Source of the DNA: Balanoglossus misakiensis
Lineage: Eukaryota; Animalia; Hemichordata
Length of the DNA stretch: 64,000 nucleotides
Direction: 5' to 3'
Assembly (NCBI GenBank): GCA_040954595.2
Contig: CM082595.2
Coordinates: 3,333,943-3,397,942, forward strand
Shown here: positions 55,949 to 64,000 of the stretch, piece by piece
Numbering within the stretch: position 1 is the stretch's first letter
Layout: each line of letters begins with the position of its first letter
Notes under the pieces: model-generated
What the model was told of the DNA's origin: nothing
Database searches by the model: none
What the model saw: the letters and a program-made list of their open reading frames with translations, nothing else
Made by a program: the position numbers and the translations under genes

Positions 55949-57749
55949 CTCCGGTTCCCAGAATACAGAATATCTTTATTTTGTAGGGGGCGATGTCTGT
56001 ATTCGCTATTTACGAGCTGGTGGCATTTTTGTGTGAAAGCTGGATTTTTGGTTTGCTTTGATTGGTTCGTTGGTTTGCTCACGTGTTTGACGATTGGTTG
56101 ATTGGTGAGCGAAAGGAGCAGGTCAGTCTCCGCGGTGGATCCGCGCTCATTAGGAGGGCGCGCGGACGCGTCGACGCGGCGGGACGGACTTGTGCCTGGC
56201 GCTACTGTATAGACGCTCTGGTTAGGAAAATAAATCCTGGGCTGTAATTCTAACTAGGACTTCGCGAAAGCACTGGTTTTCTTCCTTTGCTGCGGTGGAG
56301 CGGGGCAGGCGGTTTGATCGGCTGCAGATATTCGGTGCCTTTAAGCCCGATCGTCAATCTTGCTCAGACATGATCGATTAGTCCAGTCGAGTCGATCCTT
56401 CGAGCACATGGAATTAAAAATGATCCCTCCTGGATTTCCCGGGAAGATCGGCCACCAATCCCTGAATGAATCACTCCAATTCCAGTTGATTCCGTGTAAT
56501 CCCGTTTCCACGCTTGTCGTTATCCAGACTCACACAAAGCGATATTGTACAAAATCCTCTGTCGATCTTCGTTTATGTCGATCTGGAAAAGTACACAATA
56601 GAAGTGTCATATTAAACCAGACACAATTCTAAACCGGCAGACTTTTTTCTTTCTAAATCACGAAGCAGATGTATACGAAGGCAGGAAAAAATGCAGGAAG
56701 AAATCAATTAATATATATTGGAGGCAAAATGTTAATAACTCACTCCAATCTAACGCGAGCATAGCGGGAGCGCACGCCAAAATGACAATGATGGAACGGT
56801 GAATTTTTTTCGAGCGCTCTGGTGGGGTATAGAGTGATTTAAGAGTGTCACCGCCAGGGTCATCTTAATACGGATTTTCACGCTTCAGCGACCGCGGGAC
56901 AAAGACTCGCACGTGTTCTGCAGTCATATCTCAAAAAATACATTCCAGCGTTTTACGACAACCGGGTTAATAGTCGCGTCAATTCGACTGTCAACTCCAC
57001 GCCCTCCGACGTGTTGTTAAAACCATTCGTTACCTGAGAACAAAGGATGACTCATGCTTTTCCCGGAGAGCGACAAAATAAGCGTTAAACACCTATACAG
57101 AATCTACCGACGGGCAATTTGATTCCCAACAAATTTTCTCCGACACGTCTTTTCGTCTGTAAATTAATTTGATACAGGCTTGTGTCAGTAAAGGTATATC
57201 CCCCCTGAAGTTGCCTTTAGGAGTACGAATACTTGATACACAGAGAACGGTGTCAGATATTTTCCTAAAAATTTTGAAACTATCGTACGACGATTTAACA
57301 CTCGCTGGGAGTCTAATTAGTTTCGGATGTAACTCAATTTTCAGGGAGCAAATACGTGAGAGTGTACATGTTATGGACGTCCTTCGCATTTTAACATCCA
57401 TGCAACTATTAGGCCCCCGTTGCTTCGTTCAAAAGGGTGGGATTATTCTTTTTAAAGTGAGTGTTTCGAGATCACCACTGCCTCTCTCTGATATTTCCAC
57501 GGATGGTTGACTGATCGATTGCGAGAGAAATAAAAATGTTTGGCAAAAAAAAATGAAAAATGGCAGTCAAATCTTTTTCATCAGGCATTTGCATCTAAAT
57601 GGAATTGATAAAATTACTCTGTACAGTCAGGTCAAGTAGCTTTTGCAAATTAATAGAGTGGATTTCAAATTGGAGAGAGGTCGGTTTAATCGTCTGGAGA
57701 TATTTTCTTTCTCTCACACACTCTGTCATTCTCCCCAGTCATTATTTCA

Positions 57750-57960
<211 letters not shown>

Positions 57961-60714
57961 TCTCTCTGTCATTATCTATGAGTATATAGTATCTGTCTGT
58001 TCAATAAGTGCCACGAATTACCTGTTACCTTTATCATTATCATTTCAATCGCCAATCTGGGATCAGTTCATATCTGTAAAATCGCTTGTTGGTGATTCAG
58101 TTGAAAGGAGTGCTTTTTTCATACTCGTGATGTCGGCAGAACAAAGACCGGTAGCTAGGTATACCAATCCATTTGAAAAGCCTCGCTGTTGATTAAAATC
58201 CGTCGGCAGTGTGTGAAGTACACATATATTCGCGCGAAAATTCCCGTCGCATGCCTTCTCCCACTTTTGGCGCTTTGCCCCAGCGAGAAACAAATATATC
58301 CTAAATGTTGTAGTGCTACTTGAAAGTATTCTCTAATTGTCCGTGTCCAATTGAAACGCGGACGTTTTTTGAAATGATTACCCGAGCGAGAAATCCCACA
58401 GAAATCCTGTATTTGCAATTATTTTTTCCGTGTCTTTGTTAAAATTACTTCCGAAACTCCCGTGAAAACTTTGATATTTTTATGTACATGTATACTGTGA
58501 TTAGCAAATACTTTAGCTTCGGAATATGAACCACGGCGTTCGCTCGAAGTTCTCCATAAAAAAAAAAAAAAAAAAAAACATCTAGCAACTTATCCTGGTA
58601 GTGTAGCTCGATACGACTTCACGTGAAGCAAATAACTGTACCATTGATATTATGGTTAATACCACGGAGGGGTGTGTGAATTGCTTGTAACAACCTCGCA
58701 CTCAATCATAGCCGCTGGCAATTTCGCTTTCTTAATTTTAATAACAGCTTCGATTCTTTATTAAATGTCGTTTCTTTTTGCCGAGGGTGTGAAAAGGGCA
58801 CGCGCCTGGTTTGGCTTGCTCGATAATAGAAATGTTTCTTAGTCACCCGTCTGTGCTTTCTGCGCATGTCCCGAGTACTAGAAAACGTTCTTGGTTAATC
58901 CCAACCCGATTCTTTTGTTTCCCTACTTTGCAGAATTTCCGGATTTTCCCGAGCGGTGTTTTTTAGTGAATGAAATTCATGGAATGTTTCGATGCTGCAT
59001 GACGTGGAATACTAAGGTAGGGGACATTTTTATAAACGAAAAATATGCGCTCTATTTATATATTATTCATAATTTTATACTAAAGCGTAATTTTGCAAAA
59101 AGTGCCCTTTCGCGTTGTAATAACAGGCCAATCAGTCCTGTTTTATTCTATTCAACAAAAAATTCCCCCAACGAGAATTAAAATTGAAGCATTCTTTATT
59201 TCGGAAAGTAAAACCATGAATCCTTCTTAGAAACTGAACCAACAACGCTTTAAGTCCTAGAGTATAAATGTTCATGGGAGAACCTTTAGTGTAAGTGTTC
59301 CTTGAAAATGAAATACCCGCTTACCTTTAGATCTGTTGAAAAGAATCACTATTCAGTGCCCTTTCCTCGCATTCGATTCCATGTGTACCTAGTTTGGGAT
59401 CGTTCTGCGTACTGCGTGTGAAATGATCACGGAGTGTTCTATGATGAATCCGACGAGCGAGTGATATTTATATTACTCAATATTTTGCATGATTTAGCAA
59501 TGCAAATGAGGGTTGCTGTAGGCTCATAGTACACACTTACCGTCGCATACGTATGCGTGAGCACGATCACCGCCAAAAAAATAATCGTGTCCCTGTGAGT
59601 CCGTCTTGATGACATAATGGTGCGTGTGCGCTGGCTGGCTGTTTCTAACATTTACACAAAGGCGACTCAGTCAAAACGATTTGTGTGTGCATAGATAGCT
59701 TTCCAGGTATCGTTTATACAGCTGTCGTGCAAAAAAATTCTCCGATACTCGAGTGTGTGTCTAAGGAAAATTAATCAGTCTATTCTGAACGTTTCTATTG
59801 CCGAATGTGTGCATTGTTCATTTAGAATTTCATTGCCAGGTTGTAATTATATCATCTGATGTCATTCTAGTTATGCAAAATTGTGACATTAATGGGTTCT
59901 ATTAGCGATGATTAAACGGGTCCACTTTTTAATGAGAAATGCCTGTGATGATAATGTGCCGACAGAGAAGACAGTTAATCTCCCCCCGAGGATTATCCGA
60001 TACATTTAACAAATCGAGTGATGAATCCTGTATGGGCTGGCCAGTTTTTAACTGTAAGCAAGTATCATTCGCATGCCTTAGTCAGCGAGGGAGTTCATTC
60101 TAACGCCTCTCTCTTTAAAGGGGGAGGGTCGTCTGAACTGCGCATGTGCGATATTTCTGTTTATATACTCACCCCAGGCTTTAACCAACTCTAGTACTAG
60201 TATCATTTGGGTAGTGTAGCTCATTGCTAAAGTACTTAGCCAAGTCTCGCGATGATCGGAAAATGAAATGGACGCGTATTTGTTCATCCCGCAATCTGTG
60301 ACGGGTATTTCGCAAGGCTGAATGCGAGATCAATTAAACCAGAGCTTATAATGAACATATGGTTCAAGTTTTAATTCTAAAATAATTAAAAAGACAGCCC
60401 TTCATAACCCCGTATTCACGGCAACCAATACATACCAACAAAGTACCAATAATTCTATAAAGTAATCCATATGGTTCTATAGGAGGAATATTTCATTATT
60501 AAAACATATACAAAAGACATTGTTGCAGCTTATGAACGTCCATCTTTTAAACACGCAATTCGTGAGATTTTATATCACTCATGTCACTCACCTAGGTCGT
60601 AAAACATATTAAAAGCCCCGGTAATTAACTTTTGGCTATTTTTACAGCATTTTTCTCCCATTTTGGTACTAGAAGTAGTAGATCTTTGTAGCTTAAATGA
60701 AAACGCGAGGAAAA

Positions 60715-62083
60715 TCATAATTGGTCATCTTCAAAGGCAATTTTCTGTCGCCTAAAGATGTCTTCTGCCCTTCTGTATATCTCGATGTCATAGTGCAACG
60801 CTTCTCTCACGGCTCTGTCAGACGACAACTCAATTTTCAGCATTTCAACGACCTCTTCTTTGGTTATATTAGCACCCTCGCCTTCCTCCTCATAATGCCG
60901 TTGGTTGGCATGTTTCCCAACGCACATGGTGTGGAATGGAAGTTGGAAGGCGCGTTCCAACAGGCGGAAATTCATGTCGTATTCAGTCGTAAGACCTATG
61001 ACAGCGAACCACGACTCTAAGTTGTCCAACACGTAGTCTAAAACCAATTCCTTGTGTTCCTCCCGCATGACCTGATCCAAAAGGAGTTTTTGCCTCCACC
61101 ACGGTGGGATTTTCTCTATCGGTGGGTCTTCGGGAGTGCGTGCTTCGGCTAGTAACTCTGAATAGTCCGGCGTGAAAAAGTCCGGATTTAAAATCAACTG
61201 TCGGAAGAAAAAACTTCCCTGGTGCAATGCCCACTCATTCACTGTCATTTTCTCAGCGGGTCGCATCCTGCAATGTGCCTGTTTTATTTTGATGCACATG
61301 TTGTACGACGAAATCAGACGTTCGTACGGGTGCCGTAAGACGGTGAAAGCGCCACACGGCTTTGTCGTAAAATCGCAGACGGCGAAAGCCGAGGCCCCAG
61401 CGTAGGCCTTGGCGAGTTTTTGGTCCGTCCCATCAACCAGCATCTGGTTGTAAAACACGTTTGCGGTCGGATCGCCGACAAGAAGAAAGTTCGACTCTCC
61501 GATTTGTTCTAATATTTCTGAGAGACAGTTCTTCGTTGTTTGACCGCCGGACTTTAGGTTATGCACGAAGACCAATGTGCTGTTTGCGTATGCGGCGTCA
61601 GGTGGCGCTCTCTCTGAAGTCATTTTGTTCGTCGGGCGAGTGAAGAAGTTTGGAAGATAGTTGCGTTTCACCAACCACGGATACAGTTTGGTTGCATCCC
61701 GTTCTTTGTGGCGGATGACGTCATTCGATGATTTCCATCCGCTGTGAAAGACAGCAAACAACGGACAGCCTACCTTAGTGCACATAGTCTTAGTGTTGGA
61801 CCAATTTTCACTTTGACGTGTGTGAAAATTTAAGCAATGTGATTGTCAAGTTCTGAATCAATAAGCACATTCAATCGCTAGATCAAAACCCCATGCATGT
61901 TGTTCAACACGACCCACACACCAGAATAGTACATTTGCTAACTTACCCCGGTGATGGCACTGAACCAGAGGAGTATTCGCCAGTTTCACTCGGAAAATAA
62001 ACCCAGCAAAATACACTGAAGGCGATGATGACAGATGCTACTCCTATGACCGGCTTCAGATTCTGTCGCTGCCTGAATAACAT
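60715..62083 (-). CDS. Golgi type-II membrane carbohydrate sulfotransferase-like protein, about 387 aa (exons 62083-61947, 61741-60715)
   Basis: Exon 1 encodes a TM anchor (MLFRQRQNLKPVIGVASVIIAFSVFCWVYF). Exon 2 has a 5'-PSB-like FVHNLKSGGQT, a 3'-PB-like TVLRHPYERLISSY, FAVIGLT and a C-terminal YDIEIY. The phase-2 junction is consistent. Confidence 0.88.
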
Positions 62084-63913
62084 CGTGTTCCGAATCTACT
62101 GTTTGTGTGACCCGTGAACACAAACAGTCTATCACACACTCACTCGCAGTTCTACTGGAAAGCCGGTTCACCCTGCGTGTATATTAATGCAGGGGGGCTT
62201 CCAATAACGAAGATGTGTTTAGATTAAAGGTTTATATTAAATCGTGATTTTTATGATCGGGATTAGCACCGCTGACCCCAGCAATGAATGAGTGGGTTTC
62301 TAACTGTGTTGCATGCGTGCGCACTGCACCATCTGACAGGTATCAGCAATCAGAGTCTGCCACGTCACGCGATTGATGTCGCTCAGTTGGTTTTGTTTTG
62401 AATGCCGAGTCTCGGCTTTAAATCTGCTTTCAGAGTATTGTAATTATAACTGGTATAGGCTTACAAAATAATGAAAATATGCAAGCTTTAAAAGTACATT
62501 GCTGACGTCACAGGAAGCTAGCGAGCGAGCGCTTGGGGAGCCTGTGGGGTGGGGGGGGAGTGAGAGAAAGAAAGAGAGGGCGGAGATGAGGAGAGAGAGA
62601 GAGAGAGATTGAGAGGAGGGGCCGGAGAGACCAAAACCTCCAAAAGGAAAAAAAAATCTCCACACAAACCATATTCTTCACTCAAAAGTTTATTATTACA
62701 GTCGCATGTTAGTTAAATAAAAATACATAATTTTATGTGACATTGGAATTTGTATCAAAATATTAATGTTGATTCGTTCCTTCATTCTTTTCACACGCAC
62801 ACGCACACACTGCTTTCTAAGATTTGATTCAAAATCGCTAACCTTTTCAGTGGTAAATACTTCAGAATTGATTGCGAAAATTATACCGTAATAAACGCAT
62901 AACTATAGTTGAAAATACGTGAAACAAGTCTTTTTATATGACTCAGAAATACTTGAGATGTCACGATAGATAGTTATCTGGCAAACTTGATTTCTTCGTG
63001 ACAAGCCTCTTTAAGTCTTTGAAGACAATACCAGGCGTCTTTTACTACTCTTCAGGCTCAAGCGAGTAAAATGTCTAATATTTATCGCTAAATATGATTT
63101 AAAATTAACAATATTCAAAAGTTTCAGAAACAGGAAGGCTAACATCGCCTGTGAATTATAATTATACAGTACATGTACTCAGTTTGACCAAGCTTCTATT
63201 CAGCAATATATTAAGCTTTCCACCAATCGGCTTGCATCTATTAAGTTTTCCACCAATCGGCTTGCAGCATTTGCACCATTTCCATGGCAACTAAAGCCTT
63301 TAAATGAATCCGTGTCAGCAACACGTAGACTGCCAGTAATTATTACTGTAGTTGGTGGTTGATTGTTTTTCGCAGCAAATTTATAAAGCAAACTTAAAGC
63401 TTCCAAGACTAGTAAGTTTTATAGAATATCCTGCCATCATTGAGTTTTGATAATACATTATCACGTGCATAATTTTTTTAACATGACAAAAGAAGGTGTT
63501 CGACTGTGCAGATCCTTGAAGAGAAATAAGTTTCAGGTGCCTCAGAAAAAATGGCTTTAGCTTCAGCAGTGTGTAAGACTTTTTCGGGTGATAGCTCCTT
63601 ACAGTGCTGTCAAAGTTTGTAGGTGCTCTCGGACCCAGTGTGGTCATTTTTTGTCGCGTTCAAATTCACCGGAAGTTGCCCTTCAAACTCGCCGGAAGTT
63701 GTCACATTCGCCATCTTTGCACGCTTGGCAAAGGTCTGCATTGTGTTGTTTTCTCGGCTTGCCGATCCTGCGGTCCATCCGGTAAGGCTGTTGCATGAAA
63801 CCGTAGTATGTCTGAGAAAGAGAAAGCAATGTTATGTCCGAATCCCTGATATCTTATCAAATCTATTTACTCAGCCATTTTGAATACAAGATTTGAGATA
63901 ACGTGCTTGCTTA

Positions 63914-63975
63914 TAGTCTCGGTTACCCAGACGCCTTTGCTTCTTCCGATGCTCTCCAGAAAAGGGTCTGGGGAA
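63914..63975. mobile_element. Partial or diverged copy of the 34213 MITE family
   Basis: TAGTCTCGGTTACCCAGAcgCCTTTGCTTCTTCCG...CAGAAAAGG matches the left arm of the 34213 element. Confidence 0.65.
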
Positions 63976-64000
63976 ATGCTATTGAAAGCTTTGTGAAACA

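Noticed and set aside
57093-57510. Overlapping ORFs open on both strands upstream of the GT31 gene
   Set aside because: Short, with no recognisable homology or splice support.

Overview
Animal (eukaryotic) genomic DNA with GT-AG introns. The gene content suggests a marine invertebrate, possibly a deuterostome (inference only). Gene models were built by hand from splice sites and checked for exon phase. In order: the 3' end of a C-type lectin (+); a complete 8-exon carotenoid cleavage oxygenase, BCO1/BCO2-like (-); about 15 kb of gene-poor sequence containing a 3.8 kb (GTGTG)n satellite; two tandem paralogous type-I membrane genes (-) with signal peptide, 6 or 8-10 TSP1 repeats, one Ig domain, a TM segment and a Lys-rich plus polyproline tail; YEATS4 (-), head-to-head with a GCPII/NAALADase-family type-II membrane gene (+); a GT31 beta-1,3-galactosyltransferase-like gene (-); and a Golgi sulfotransferase (-). 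Two results stand out. (1) One TSP1-Ig receptor can splice, through a donor overlapping its stop codon, into a 3.2 kb exon encoding 14 proline-rich/WH2-helix-like repeats, making it a candidate receptor directly fused to an actin-assembly module. (2) The GCPII homolog has lost its catalytic Glu and one Zn ligand and carries a YSRW motif resembling the transferrin-receptor YTRF signal, making it a candidate pseudo-peptidase receptor.
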